Source of the DNA: Centroscyllium fabricii
Lineage: Eukaryota
Assembly: GCA_051313645.2 (NCBI GenBank)
Contig: JBNRSN020000016.1
Location: 80,104,001-80,168,000, forward strand
Length of the DNA: 64,000 nucleotides
Direction: 5' to 3'
Both the position numbers and the translations under genes were made by a program. Shown piece after piece: positions 1 through 12,397 of the stretch. Within the stretch, counting starts at the first letter, position 1. Each line of letters begins with the position of its first letter. The notes below the pieces were generated by a model. The model had not been told where the DNA came from. It searched no databases and was given only the letters and a program-made list of their open reading frames with translations.

Positions 1-375
1 CCAAACTGCGTTTGGTCTTCCCAGTGCAGAGGGAGACTGCATTGTGAGCAACAAATACAGTATACTAGGTTGGAAGAAGTACAAGTAAATCCACATGGAA
101 ATAGTGTTTGGGACCCTGGATGGTGGGCAGAGAAAAGGCAGTTGTTGCATCTTCTGTGCTTGCAAGGGAAAGTGTCAGTGAAACAAGAGCGGGCATTAGG
201 GGTGATGGAGCAGTGGACCAGAGTGTCACGGAGGCAACTCTCCCTTTGGCAAGCTGAAAAGGGACGGGAGGGGGAAATGTGTTTGGTGGTGGGATTGTGT
301 TGAAGGTGGCAGAAATGGTGGAGGATATGTAAAATGCAGAGGCTGTTGCTGGAAGATGAGGACAAGGGGGACCCT
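1..375 (-). mobile_element. Penelope-like element fragment (GIY-YIG endonuclease region), degenerate
   Basis: Reverse complement of 1-90 reads FTCTSSNLVYCICCSQC..GKTKRSL, resembling the PLE GIY-YIG motif (NLVYCIxCxxC..YIGETKR). Confidence 0.7.
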
Positions 376-380
376 TCTGC

Positions 381-505
381 CTGGCTGAACTTGTTCTCAC
401 ATTGAACAACTTTACCATTAACTCCACTCACTTCCTCCAAGTAAAAGGTGTCACTGTGGGAACCCTCAAGGATCCTATTTATGCCAGCCTTTTCGTAGGA
501 TATGT
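381..505 (+). mobile_element. Penelope-like RT fragment, inverted relative to 1-375
   Basis: Translates LAELVLTLNNFTINSTHFLQVKGVTVGT...YASLFVGY, a typical PLE RT segment. Confidence 0.75.
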
Positions 506-789
506 TTTCCCTGGGTTATTTCCTGTTGATTTGTCCCAGCCAAATATTTAATGTATTTTTATTGGCAAGATCAGAATCTTGTTAGTGAGGCAGAATGCCA
601 GTGCACTCTCCTGCAGCATTTTATGATTCACTGTTTGGTTGGTGATCTTTGTAAATCTCTAAGCAATTGAAAGATCAAAAGATAAATGGAAGATTTTCTT
701 ACCCCGATGCATTGCACAGTGAACGTAACAGACATAAAAATAACTCTGTTGTATGTAATATTGTACTTCTGGCAGAATTAGTGATTTTT

Positions 790-2150
790 CTTATTTGTTC
801 CTGGGATATGGGCATCGCAGGCAATCCAGCAATTATTGCCCATGCCTAATTGCCCTTGAGAAGGTGGTGGTGTGCCGCCTTCTTGAACCGCTGCAGTCCA
901 TATGGTGAAGGTACTCCCACAATGCTGTTAGGGAGGGAGTTCCAGAATTTTGACCCAGCGACGATGAAGGATTGGCGATATACTTCTAAGTCAGGATGAT
1001 GGCCCAGAAATTAGACTCTCCCGTTTGGTGCGGGTGCTAGGACCATGCGGACCCCTAATGCACCGCACCATAATCGGACGTTTTTTACGACCAAACCTTC
1101 CTGTGTTCTCCGCCCCATTCCTGGGCTGCATGGCAGTCCAGCCACGCTAGGAGTGCTATATATGCGCTGCCGTCGTGCGTGCGTTGGAGTGATGCCCCGC
1201 CCACTGATCCCTAATTTAAATACAAAACGCCCCCTGCTTCACAGTCGGACTTCGTAGGGAGCAGGGACGTCAGGCCTCGATTAGGACCACGCCCACTGCT
1301 GCACACACAGACTCGGCAGTGAGCAATGCGGCCAGAGCAGATTTTCAACGGAGGTAAGTCTCAGCGATTTTTTCTCTAACTTTTTTTAATTAACGAAATA
1401 GTAAAACATTTCTGAAGTTAAAATTTAAAAATAAGCGATTTGGAAGAGAAAGCAGTGTGTTTGAAATTCGGATTTTTAAAATTAAAAAAAAAACTTTAAC
1501 ACCCAATTTAAATGATAGCGATCTAGCCACATTACTCTAAAAATTGATAAAACTTAAAATTAAAGGTAAAAAAGTCACTTACCTTGTTTAAGAACGCACT
1601 GCTCTCACCAATGCACAGCTAACGACTGTTTTTTTCCCGTGTTAATTCAGGCCCATTAGCCCACAGATAGCGCACAGAATAACACCCAAAAACATCGGGA
1701 TTTTTGGGTGCTATTCTTTTGTGCGTTGGATGCTGAGGCCTCCTCTGCCTCAGCATCGGAAAGCCCGGATCCCTGCGCTATCCCCGTGCGATGGCTAGCA
1801 CGGGGAAATCGGCCCCCCTCCGTGCGGGTGCTAATGGTGCGAGGCACCCGAATTTCTGGCCCAATGTGTGACTTGGAAGGGAACTTGGAGGTGGTGGTGT
1901 TTCCATGTACCTGCTGCCCTTTTCCTTCTAGGTGGTAGAGGTCATGGGTTTGGGAGGTGCTGTTGAAGAAGCCTTGGTAAGTTGCTGCAGTGCATCTTGT
2001 AGATGGTACACACTGCAGCCACGGTGCGCTGATAGTGGAGGGAGTGAATGTTTAAGGTGGTGGATGGGGTGCCAATCAAGCGGGCTGCTTTGTCCTGGAT
2101 GATGTCAAGATTCTTGAGTGTTGTTGGAACTGCACTCATCCAGGCAAGTG
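790..2150 (-). mobile_element. 3' fragment of a CR1/L2-group LINE, split by a MITE at 1001-1862
   Basis: ORF 1942-2157 (LAWMSAVPTTLKNLDIIQDKAARLIG..HSLH..RTVAAVCTIYK) matches the copy at 41673-42062. Sequence is continuous across the MITE (agtcaggat|gtgtgacttgg). Confidence 0.8.
1001..1862. mobile_element. PIF/Harbinger-type MITE
   Basis: TIRs GGCCCAGAAATT (1001-1012) / AATTTCTGGCCC (1851-1862), 1 mismatch. Flanks gat/aat resemble a 3-bp TSD. It interrupts a LINE cleanly. Confidence 0.8.
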
Positions 2151-2424
2151 AATTCATTCATTATAATGCAGTGGGGTTGTTGAATCATTACTTACTTTTA
2201 TGTACATATATAAACAAATGCATCAAGCATAATTTAATAAAGTTTTAAGCCAATAACCATTGAGTACACTTTGCGCATTGAATTGGTAACTTTAAAAATC
2301 CGGTGTAACTTCTGCCCATAACATTTGCAAAGTTTATCTGTGATTTCTGAACATTGTGACAACAACAATTTGCTTTTTATCATCTTTAGAAATGTCCCAA
2401 GAAAATGGACGCTGAGCAAGAAAG

Positions 2425-2835
2425 AGAGCGATTAGGAGAGGTGATTGAAAGCTTGGTTGAAGAGATGGGTTTTGGGAAGATTTTTAAAGATGGAGAGGTT
2501 TGGGGAGGCAGTTCCAGAAAGTAGGGCAGAGGCAGTTGAAGCTTGTGCCATCAAGGGTGGGGCACAATGACGGGGGTTTGCACAGAAGGCCAGAATCAGA
2601 GGAACAGACCGTTCAGAATGGGCTAGACAAAATTTCAGAGTTAGGGTGGGGAAAGATAATGGAGAGATTTATTGACAAGATGAGGATTTTAAATTGAATG
2701 CATTGGAGGATGGCCAGCAAGCCGAGCTCAGCGAGGTGGAGGTGATGGGCAAGTAGGACAGGATATATGTGGCAGTGTTTTAGTAAGGGTTAGAGTTTAT
2801 GGAGGATAGGAGGCTAGCAAAAGAGCATTAGAGTA
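2425..2835 (-). mobile_element. Old L2-like LINE fragment
   Basis: Purine-rich, degenerate antisense of an L2-type ORF2 C-terminus (gggaggcagttccagaaagtaggg...). Recognised by pattern only. Confidence 0.45.
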
Positions 2836-3564
2836 GAGGGGGATAATTTTGACTTTGTGCGATAGTGTAAAAACGGGCGATCACGAATCGGCAGCCCGTT
2901 TTAAGTCTGTCACAATTTTTATTCCCACTGAAGTCAGCGCATTGGTGCTGTAATCATTCACATTTCTTTTATAGCCAAAGAGGCGCCACGGTCCACAAAG
3001 CACAAAAATTCTCCGAGGTGCAGTTTGTCTACAGAATTTACTTTCCTTGAACAGGCTTACATCAGCATTTGCAGCTGTCAAGGCAAAATCTCTGACTGGA
3101 GCTAAGCAGATACTGCTTGTGTAAGTTGTGGAGGTAAAGATGAAGTGGTACAGAATAGAACAATTGCCCACTTATTTCAGCAACTTAACAAAGGTTGTCA
3201 CACTTCATACTACAGTATGTTAATTTATTGTTCGTAATAAAAATTAAACTCAGCTGGGAACCTGCCAATGACAGAATAGTTTACACTATTATTTGCAATC
3301 AGGTTCTATTCAGTAAAGCAGGTAAATTCTGCATAGATTTGTCACATTGTTCTCAAAGCTGTGTTTTAGTGTCATTTTTAAAGAAACGAGCGTAAAGCTC
3401 TGCAAGATGTTAGACCATTGTTTTGCAGTTTTCAGTTTTTCCCAGTTTCTCTGTTTTATGCCCCCACCTCTCCTCAATGTTCTGATCAATGTAAAGTTCT
3501 ATAGGTGTCAGCAGTTTTCCAATATCTCATTTAAATGACGATTCTTCATGTATAAGTTTTCACA

Positions 3565-5668
3565 GGCTACTTGATGATGAGGGTGCATCACAGCTAAATT
3601 CAAAGGGGAAGTGAAAAAGGAACTAAGAGGGGCAAAGAGAGAGTATGAGAATAGACTGGCAGCTAACATAAAAGGGAATCCAAAATAATAAACGGGTAGT
3701 AAGAGGAGGGGTGGGGGCGACTAGGGACCAAAAAGATGACCTACGCATGGAGGCAGAGGGCATGGCTGAGGTATTGAATGAGTACTTTGCATCTGTCTTT
3801 ACCAAGATGCTGCTAAAATCATGGTGAAAGAGGAGGTAGTTGAGATACCGGATGGGATAAACATTGATGAAGAGGAGGTACTAGAAAGGCTGGCTGTACT
3901 TAAAGTAGATAAGTCACCAGGGCCAGATGGGATACATCCTAGGATGCTGAGGGAAGTAAAGTGGAAATTGCAGAGGTACTGACCATGATCTTCCAATCCT
4001 CCTTAGAAATGGGAGTGGTGCCAGAGGACTGGAGAATTGCAAATGTTGCACCCTTTTTCAAAAAAGGGTGTAAGAATAAACCCAGCAACTACAGGCCAGT
4101 CAGTTTAACCTCGGTAGTGGGGAAGCTTTTAGAAACGATAATCCGGGACAAAAATATCAGTCACTTGGACAAGTGTGGATTAATTAAGGAAAGCCAGCAC
4201 GGATTTGCTAAGGGCAAATTGTGTTTAACTAACTTGATTGAGTTTTTTGATGAGGTAACAGAAAGGGTTGATGAGGGTAATGCGGTTGACGTGGTGTATA
4301 TGGACTTCCAAAAGGCATAGTGCCACATAATAGGCTTGCCCGCAAAGTTGAAGCCCATGGTATAAAAGGGACAGTGGCAGCATGAATACGAAATTGGCAA
4401 AGTGACAGGAAACAGAGTGTACTGGTGAACGGTTGTTTTTCGGACTGGAGGAAGGTATACTATCGTTGGGCATAAGTTGTGAACGCCGACAACACGCTAA
4501 GCATTCGTTGGTATAAGTTATCTGTAACTTATCGAAACGTTCTGTGTACGTTACTAATACGTTGTCCAATACGTTATGAATACGCTATTATACGCCCAAA
4601 ACTGAAAAAAAGGTCGAAAGTTCAGCGTTTTAGCCAAATTTGCATATGCTGGCTAAAACGTCAAGGTGTGACAGGGCCTTAAGTAATACTTCTTTATACT
4701 CGTTACACATACCAAACACACTTACCTCTGCATTCATGCACCCATCACTCACCTGAACACCGGACATCTCGACCCCTCCAAGCCCTCCGCTAACTTGGCG
4801 TGGTTTGGAGCCATCGGGAATCCCACATTTCACCAATAAAAATAGGGATTAGGCTAAAACCTGCCTGTAAACAGGCAGTTAATTGGCACTAATCCCCTTC
4901 CTGCCTCAGGGTGGCGGGTCCCAGTGCGGGTCGGGTACCCGTCTCCTTTGAAACTGCCATGGAGGCGGGTTGGGGGTGGGATGGGTTTGTAGTACCCGAT
5001 TTTGGGATTTTAACCCCCCCACACACCTCCAATTCCGTCTCCATGGCCCAATGAAAATCCTGCCCATAGAGTACAAAAGCAAGGAAGTTATGATAAACTT
5101 TTATAAAACATTGGTTAGGTCTCAGCTGGAGTATTTTTTTTCAATTCAGGGCACCACAATTTAGGAAGGAAGTCAAGGCCTTAGGGAGGGTGCAGAAGAG
5201 ATTTATAAGAATGGTTCCAGGGATGAGGGACTTCAGTTACGTGGACAGACTGGAGAAGCTGGGGTTGTTCTCCTTAGAGCGGAGAAGGTTGAACGGAGAT
5301 TTGATAGAGGTGTTCAAAATCACGAGGGGTCTAGACAGAGTAGAGAGAGAGAAACTGTTCCCATTGACGGAAGGGTCGAGAACCAGCGGGCACAGATTTA
5401 AAGTGATTGGCAAAAGAACCAAAGGTGACATGAGGAAAAACTTTCTTATGCAGCGAGTGGTCATCATCTGGAATGCACTGCCTGAAAGGGTGGTGGAGGC
5501 AGACTCAATCGTGGCTTTCAAAAGGGAATTGGATAAGTACCTGAAGGAAAAAATTTGCAGGGCTACGGGGAAAGGGCGAGGGGAGTGGGATTGGTTAAGT
5601 GCTCTTGCAGAGAGCCAGCATGGGCTCAACGGGCCGAATGGCCTCCTGCTGTGCTGCGACCATTCTAT
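3565..5668 (+). mobile_element. CR1 LINE fragment (RT and 3' end) with internal deletion and DNA-transposon remnants at 4461-5065
   Basis: ORFs 3961-4320 (NYRPVSLTS, QHGF, YMDFQKA) and 5190-5693 (C-terminal CR1 ORF2). The (ATTCTATG)-type tail is split by the Harbinger at 5669. Confidence 0.9.
4461..5065. mobile_element. Right-end remnants of two Harbinger-like non-autonomous elements
   Basis: Ends GGTGTGACAGGGCCT|TAA (4665-4682) and GAAAATCCTGCCC (5053-5065). Internal inverted repeat CGTTTTAGCCA/TGGCTAAAACG (4626-4660). Left ends are missing. Confidence 0.5.
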
Positions 5669-6188
5669 GGGGGGAATTTTCATGTCCCCGTGAGGCGGGG
5701 TTTTGGGCGGGCGGGAGGTGAAAATTAGAAAATTTTGGTTCCCGCCCATTCCCCGCCGGATTTGAATTTTTGGGCGGCCTTTTTGCCCGCCCTGAATCTT
5801 TCCCGCCGACGCCCGGCGGGGATGCTTGTTAAGGTCATTAAGGGCCGTTAATTGGCATCTGTAATCCCATTTTAAGGGCCCTTAGCAATTTTCATGTGTT
5901 TCACGCACAAAACCCGCCAAGATAAACCCCGTCAGGTGAAACCCTTGTGTGAACTCACTCGGATTGCTGAGTATCTGTGTCCGGTCAGTCAATGAAGGCT
6001 CACATTTAATCAGCCATCATTCGCTTCCGCAAACACATTGTTGTCTCACTCCTGGGGATATTTGCAACAGGCTTCAGCACACCTGTGGAAGGTTGCATCC
6101 TCAAATACCTCTGCAGTGTGACCTGGGAAAGCCCTCTCACTTCCCCCCCTCACTCAGTGCTTCCTCAGCCGAGGCTGCCAGCACAGCC

Positions 6189-7289
6189 ATGGGAGCCATT
6201 TTCTTCCTTCCCTTCTTGGGAATGCATGATCTCTACCAGGAGCAGATGCGGCTACAGCAGCAACAGCAGCAGCCACACCAGGAGCCTGACGCTCCTGCGG
6301 ACCCTCCGGGGGCAGCATGGGCCAGAAGGCATCGGCGCATCGAAGGCCGGTGCCGCAGAAGATACCCCCCAAACAGGGTCTATAGAGTCCGAGCCACCTA
6401 CCTCAACATGAGTGAGCGGCGGTGCCAAAGGCGACTCCGACTTTCCCGAGAGGCAGTCACAGACATCTGCGCCATGCTGCAGCAAGAGCTGGAGCCCAGG
6501 ACACCATGTAGACATGCCTTACCAGTGGCCCTCAAAGCCACCACCGCACTCAGCTTCTTTGCCTCGGGCTCATTCCAGGGATCAGCAGCCGACATCAGCG
6601 GAATCTCCCAGTCGGCCGCACACTCCTGCATCACCCAGGTAACCAATGCCCTCTTTGCCCGTGCCCACAATTTCATCCATTTTACCACGGATCGCGCAAG
6701 TGTGAGGGCCCGAGCGATTGGAATGGCTCATCTGGCAGGCTTCCCAAGGGTACAGGGCATCATTGACTGCACACATGTGGCCCTTAGGGCACCCAACGAC
6801 AACCCAGTAGCTTTTCTCAACCGCAAGGGCTTTTATTCACTCAATGTTCAACTGGTGTATGACCACAACAAGGAGATTTTGCATGTGTGTGCCAGGTACC
6901 CTGGCAGCTGCCATGACTCCTTTGTCCTGCGCCAATCAACCTTGCCTACGCTGTTCACACCGCCGCACCAGCTTCCGGGGTGTCTACTTGGAGACAAGGG
7001 CTATCCCATCAGGACTTGGCTCATGACGCCGGTCAGGAGGCCAGCCAATGAGGCTGAGGAGAACTACAACTCCACACACATCTCCACCAGAAGCATGATA
7101 GAGCACACCATCGGCTTGCTCAAGATGCGTTTCAGATGCTTGGACAGATCAGGTGGAGCCCTGCAATACTCCCCAGCCAGGGTCTCCAGAATGGTAGTGG
7201 TTTGCTGTCAACTTCACAACATGGCACAGCGCCGTGGCTTGCAACCTCCTGACCAAGATCTGCCTCCTCGCATACCGTCCTCAGATGAG

Positions 7290-7324
<35 letters not shown>

Positions 7325-7460
7325 GGAGGAGGAGGAGGAGGAGTAAGAGGAGGATGAGGACGGGGTTGCTGCCGCTCGACCCCAGCCAGCGCCACCATTA
7401 CGCGAGACCGTTGCTGGCCGGCAAGCAAGGATGGAGCTCATCCTTGCAAGATTTTCTTAG
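6189..7460 (+). pseudogene. Harbinger DDE transposase (HARBI1-like, DDE_Tnp_4)
   Basis: Motifs [44 protein letters not shown]. Premature TAA at 7344-7346 in the poly-Glu tract; read-through gives the family-like C-terminus ...RMELILARFS* (TAG 7458-7460). AATAAA at 7741. Confidence 0.9.
7287..7360 (+). repeat. (GAG/GAA)n trinucleotide tract encoding poly-Glu
   Basis: Seen directly. Confidence 0.95.
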
Positions 7461-8909
7461 CCTACTCAAGCCAGCTTGTGCTACTCTCCTCATCCTAACA
7501 GCGCATCCTCACTGACACACTCCAATCAGTTCCACAGCTCATACCTGCATGAGTCCCACTACTGTAATGACATCTGTGTGGGGGGGGGTTGGGGGAGTGT
7601 GCTTCTGGGGCTGCCAAGTGCCTGCGACTGCTTTCTGCGCTCACACATGCACCCACGCCCCTGACGCACCACACATTTCTTTGATGAACATGGTCCCATC
7701 CAAACATCCATCCATCACATGCAATAATGAACACAGAAACAATAAAGGTTGCAACTGCAACATGCTGTTTAGTAACAACATTAAGCAAACATGGCCACGT
7801 GCATGGTTGTTCAACTGATGACCAGCACTTATGAATCACTGCATTAATGATGTCCCAGGCATCTCAGCTGCAGACATGCAGGTTGAAACGGTCAAAATGT
7901 CATTATCAGCAATGCTGAACCTCAGCCAGTCTAGTTTTGAGCTTGCACTTCAAATCCATTGTCAATCATGTTCCCCGCCTCTCACGTGCTGTCCCTCCCT
8001 TTTCAAGAGTGACACATTCTGACAAACCATTGACTCTGCTGTGGGGGTCACAGTGAAATCGCAGTCCCTGATCAGCCAATCGAAATGGCCATCCCCCGGA
8101 GGTTGTCAAGGCCTTCATTTGAAAAACGGAGAACAACATCAGCCATGTATAGAAAAATTATGCAGGCGCTGTCGGGTTTCTTTATGCGGGTGGGGCTGAT
8201 GTGTTTCCAAATGTCGTGGAGGTGCTTCAGGGCAGCGCACCCGGACATGAGGCAGGAGCTGTGGAGGGCAGTGAGGGTCAATGTCTGGTGGGTCTTCACC
8301 CACCTGATCTTGTTTGATGTGTGAGAGCTGAGGCATGCTGGCACCATGGCTCCTTGGCCATTCCATCAGGGTCAGGTGCTGTGAGGGGCCAGTTGCAGCC
8401 AGATGATGTTGGATGCGTGGGTACTTTGGCCAGTTGGCCCATCTTTTCTTTGCCCACCTCCATCCTTTTAAAGTTTTATTCGTGTTAAAGTTCAGCCCTG
8501 AGGCATGTTTGCTGGTGTTGCGAAAACATCAGGTGGTTTGTTCAGTTAACCTGGTCATCGTTTGGACCACACATCATTCATACAGTCCCTCTGTTTGCTG
8601 GTGTGCATCACCATGAAGGCAGGCCGATTTCAAGGACCTTCACTCTTAACCATTGAGCTGCAGTCTGTTATTGAACCTCATGTGTCTTGCTGTAAGTCCT
8701 TCTGCCATGTTGCGTCTGCATCCTTGCATATCTGTGCGGCCTGCCCGATTGCTGTCCAGCCTGCATAAGGTTTCAATGTGGAAGGGCCATTCGCAAGATG
8801 TCAGACATGACAACTGTATCAGGTGGCACCTGCAGTGGTCTGCTGTCTGACCACTGCTTTGGACACCTTAATGTCTGTTACACTAGCACCCAAGTGACTC
8901 CCGTTGTGC

Positions 8910-10901
8910 CTAAGGGTGCTTAAGTTTTCTTTTGCGAGTGCTCCTACGTGGTGGTGGCCCTGTGGTGTCAGCAGATGTGGAGGCCCCCTGCTGAGTGCCC
9001 TGCTGCTCCTGTGTGGACACCTTTGGTGGTCGTCCTCTGGGGCGGTGAGCCTGTGGGGGCTCGCTACTAGTCTGCTGCTCCTGCGGCTGGGCAGGGTATG
9101 AGACTTCCATCTCAGGTGCATGGGGACTCCGGCGGGCCTCTGACCGAGGGCTCTGCAGTGGTGTGGACGTGGGAGCGCTTGGAGAGGAGCCCCCACTTCC
9201 TTCAGCTGCACCACCAACCTCCCTCTCATGGGTCACCTCCCCCTCAGCGCCAGCAAGTGGCTGGACAGCACCTTGCTGCACTTCAGGGGGGCCATGGGGA
9301 CCTGTTTCTGCAGTGGAAGTCCTACTGAGAGGGACTTCCACAAAGGTCTGGTTCCTCTGCTCAATAGATGCCACTCGCTGCTCAAGAGATGTGTATCTAT
9401 TGTGGACAGTGCCCATGTCTTCGAAAGACTGGCGACTTATGTACTCGATGGCCGTGGCCATCCTCTCGTCCATGGTCGCTATCCTTTCCATGGTGCTCGC
9501 CATCCTTTCCATGGTGGTTGCCATCCTTTCCATGGTGATACGATCATGCGCCACTGACTCCGCAAGGTCGCTTCTCATGCTTGCGACAGACTCCTCCATT
9601 CACATGACACTCGCAGCTACCTGGGAGACAAAACCTGTTAGAGACGCCTGTATCTGTGTCTGGAGTCCCATCATGTGTCCTCTGCCTGATGGATCCAAAG
9701 GTGCTGGGTCGACATGCAGCTCAGCTAAGCTGGCAGAGTCCTGCGCCCTCCGACTAGGACTCTGCAATGCTGTCCCTGTCTCCACAATCTGCTGAGGCTC
9801 ACTTGTGTTGTGTGAATCACCCGGTGACAAGTCAGATGTAGCTCTAGGGGGGCCCACGGAGGTGCTAGTTTCTGCGCTGGTGCCGGGTGGAGTCTGTGGT
9901 GCTGACGGTGCACCCTCAGAGGTGGCAGATTCCTCTGAGGACTGAACAGGGGCGGTCTCGTCCTCAGCTCTGCTTGGCCGTCCAGCTGTGGATGGGCCTG
10001 TGGGGCAGTAAAGGCAGAGGTTAGAGATATGTCAGCAAGGTTACATACAGATAGCATTCAGGAGCTGAGCAGAGCTGCATCTGCAGTGCTTTTACATTCA
10101 TTGTGCCAGTCTCATGTGTTAGTTCTTAGAGAAATAATTAAACCATGCTGTCACCAGCTTGAGATTGCATGCCTGCCTCGCCGTCACCCACTCCCAGGGC
10201 TTGCCCCTCCCCAACGAGGTCTAGAACAGCCTCCTCCCAGGTGGTGAGCTGCTGGATGGTGGGGGTCCTCCTCTGGTCCCGGCGCTGTGCCGCTTGTTGT
10301 CGGCTGTCTTTTCCTGCAATGAGGGAGAGAAGTGGAGGTTGAGTGAGAAGGAAGGAGTTGGTGCAGCAAGTGACCAGTAAAGTTTGTTGGAGGGTGACAA
10401 AGATGCAGTGAGCCTGCAAGACCAAAGGCTCTCCCTGTATGGTGCCAGATATGCAGCAAGCATGAGAGTGAGAGGGAGTGTGAGGGCTGAATGGAGGGAA
10501 AGGACCGTGAGTGTGAGCATAGATAGAGAGGGAATGGGTAAGGTTGCTTGGATGTGATGGGCAAGTGGGATGTGCAGGAAGGGAATGGTGAAGATAAGTT
10601 GCGGTGAGGAGAGGTGAGGGGGATGAGATTGAGGGTGAGGGGAAATGAATACTTACTTTCGCCGTGCGGTGAAGGTCATGCAATCTCTTGCGACACTGGA
10701 GCCAGGACCGGGGTGTTGTGCCCAAGCAGCTGACCCCCTCAGCCTTGGTCTGTGAGGGAGGTCTCTTCCTCCCTGAGGAGGGGAAGAGAACCTCCCTATG
10801 GGTCGTTGCCCCCTCGAGTAATGCGTCGAGGGATGCATCATCAAATTTGGGGGCGGGTCGCCCCTCGCGCTGCCCGATGCAGCACCCTCACGCTCTGCCA
10901 T
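8910..10901 (-). pseudogene. Harbinger Myb/SANT-like DNA-binding protein, 3 exons (10901-10657, 10313-10155, 9997-8910)
   Basis: Exon 1 RPAPKFDDASLDALL..VLF..RSWLQCRKRLHDL then AAA|GTAAGT. Exon 2 CAG|EKTADNKR..GGPP..LTTWEE. Exon 3 has heptad repeats (TMERMAT) and an AT-hook-like RPRGRPPK. Two 1-nt frameshifts and a TGA at 9600-9602. Confidence 0.85.
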
Positions 10902-11307
10902 CCTACTGAAGGTTGTAGAACGCTGAGCAGTGTGGGAGGCGAGCTGTGTTTATTAAAAGAAACCCGAATCCTGACGTCATATTGTGCGACTTTCTGACTG
11001 GAAATCGGTGATTGAGAAGGCTTCCCACAGGCGGGGAATTAATTGGGTACTTAGACTAAAATCTCGTGGGAAACGCAGGCACTTAATCGGGCGCGACAAA
11101 AACCCGCCCCGACCAATCCCCACCAGTTCCCCGCCATTCGGGGAAAATTCCGGCCTATGATTCTAACTGCAACGTTGCCTTCATCCATGTGCACTCAACA
11201 ACAACAACAGCTTGCATTCAAAAAGAACCTTTAACAGGGTAAAAAGTCCCAAGACCCTTCACAGGATGTTATCAGACAAAATATGATACTGAGTCACATA
11301 AGGAGAT

Positions 11308-11599
11308 AGTCATAGAATCATAGAATCCCTACAGTGCAGATAGAGGCCATTTCGGCACATCGAGCCTGCACCGACACATATCCCACCCTATCCCCGTAAC
11401 CCCACATATTTAATCCCCCTACCACTAAGGGTCAATTTATCCTGGCCAATCAACCTAACCCGCACATCTTTGGACTGTGGGAGGAAACCGGAGCACCCGG
11501 AGGAATCCCACGCAGACGCGGGGAGAATGTGCAAACTCCACACAGATAGTCACCCGAGGCCGGATTTGAACCCGAGTCCCTGGTGCTGTGAGACAACAG
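11308..11599 (-). mobile_element. HE1-like tRNA-derived SINE with CR1-type tail, 5'-truncated
   Basis: CATAGAAT tail repeats, body GGAGGAAACCGGAGCACCCGGAGG..GCAAACTCCACACAGA, B-box complement GGATTTGAACCC. Confidence 0.75.
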
Positions 11600-12397
11600 T
11601 TTTTCCAGGTCCGTGAGGGTGACTTTCTGGCGGGACGGGGCCTAAAATTGCGAAACCGGGTGGGTCCCGACCCCTCCCCCCCGCCGGATCGCCACCAGCT
11701 TGTAAGTTTCGGGCGGCATGTCCAGCCGTCCCGAATCTTTCCCACCCACCGCCGGCGGGGATGCTCGTTCAGGTAATTGAGGGTCTTTAATTGGACTGGA
11801 TAATCCCATTTTAAGGGCCCTCACCTATTTTAAACCCTTTCCCACTCAAACCCCGCTATCCTGAAACCCCACTGGTGAAACCCAACGGGATCACAGTGGC
11901 CTTGGTCACTTTCACCTTCAAGGCATTGAAGGACCTAGAGCAGAATGTTTTCCAGGCCTTCAACACCCTGGAGGTGTAAATGGCTCCCTTTTCTGAGGGC
12001 CATCTGTGGAGAAAAAACTTAAAAAAGTAATCTTGACAGACGGATTGAGAGATTATCCCTAACTGTCAAAGATTTCCAGCGCGTCCGTCCACCTGTCACT
12101 CAAACCACTTGGGCTTTGCGATTGGTTGCACTCCATTGTGATGTCACAATGGAGTGTTTCCATGGCAACTGACAACAGACAGTCCCTGCAACTATCAGTC
12201 AAAGTCCTCGCTCCCAGCTGCAGCGCGTTGATTGCTGACTCGAGTCAGGCAATTGCAAGTGGCTCCCTGCACGCGGGGAATTAACTGATCAATTTAGGGA
12301 AAATTGCGACGTGTTTCCAGGCCCTTGGGCGGGCGTGCCAGAAACTTGACCCGACCAAAACCCGCCAGGTTCCCGCGCCTTCGGGAAAATCCCCCCC
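11600..12397. mobile_element. Non-autonomous derivative related to the 5669-11155 Harbinger (left TIR lost)
   Basis: Shares subterminal blocks with the Harbinger (GAATCTTTCCC..CGGCGGGGATGCT..TAATCCCATTTTAAGGGCCC; GCGGGGAATTAA..GGGAAAAT). A second copy lies at 63519-64000. Confidence 0.8.

Larger units (their letters stand above)
5669..11155. mobile_element. Full-length PIF/Harbinger DNA transposon with two convergent genes, decayed
   Basis: TIRs GGGGGGAATTTTC / GAAAATTCCGGCC (11/13 match). 3-bp TSD TAT on both sides, inside a CR1 tail. Transposase on +, Myb/SANT gene on -. Confidence 0.93.

Noticed and set aside
2975-3120. Candidate host exon (TTTTATAG|...|GTAAGT, one open frame PKRRHGPQ...)
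   Set aside because: No recognisable protein, weak donor context and no partner exons.
5949-7346. Transposase ORF as the domesticated host gene HARBI1
   Set aside because: It is flanked by TIRs and a TSD, paired with a Myb gene, and carries a nonsense mutation, so it is a transposon copy.
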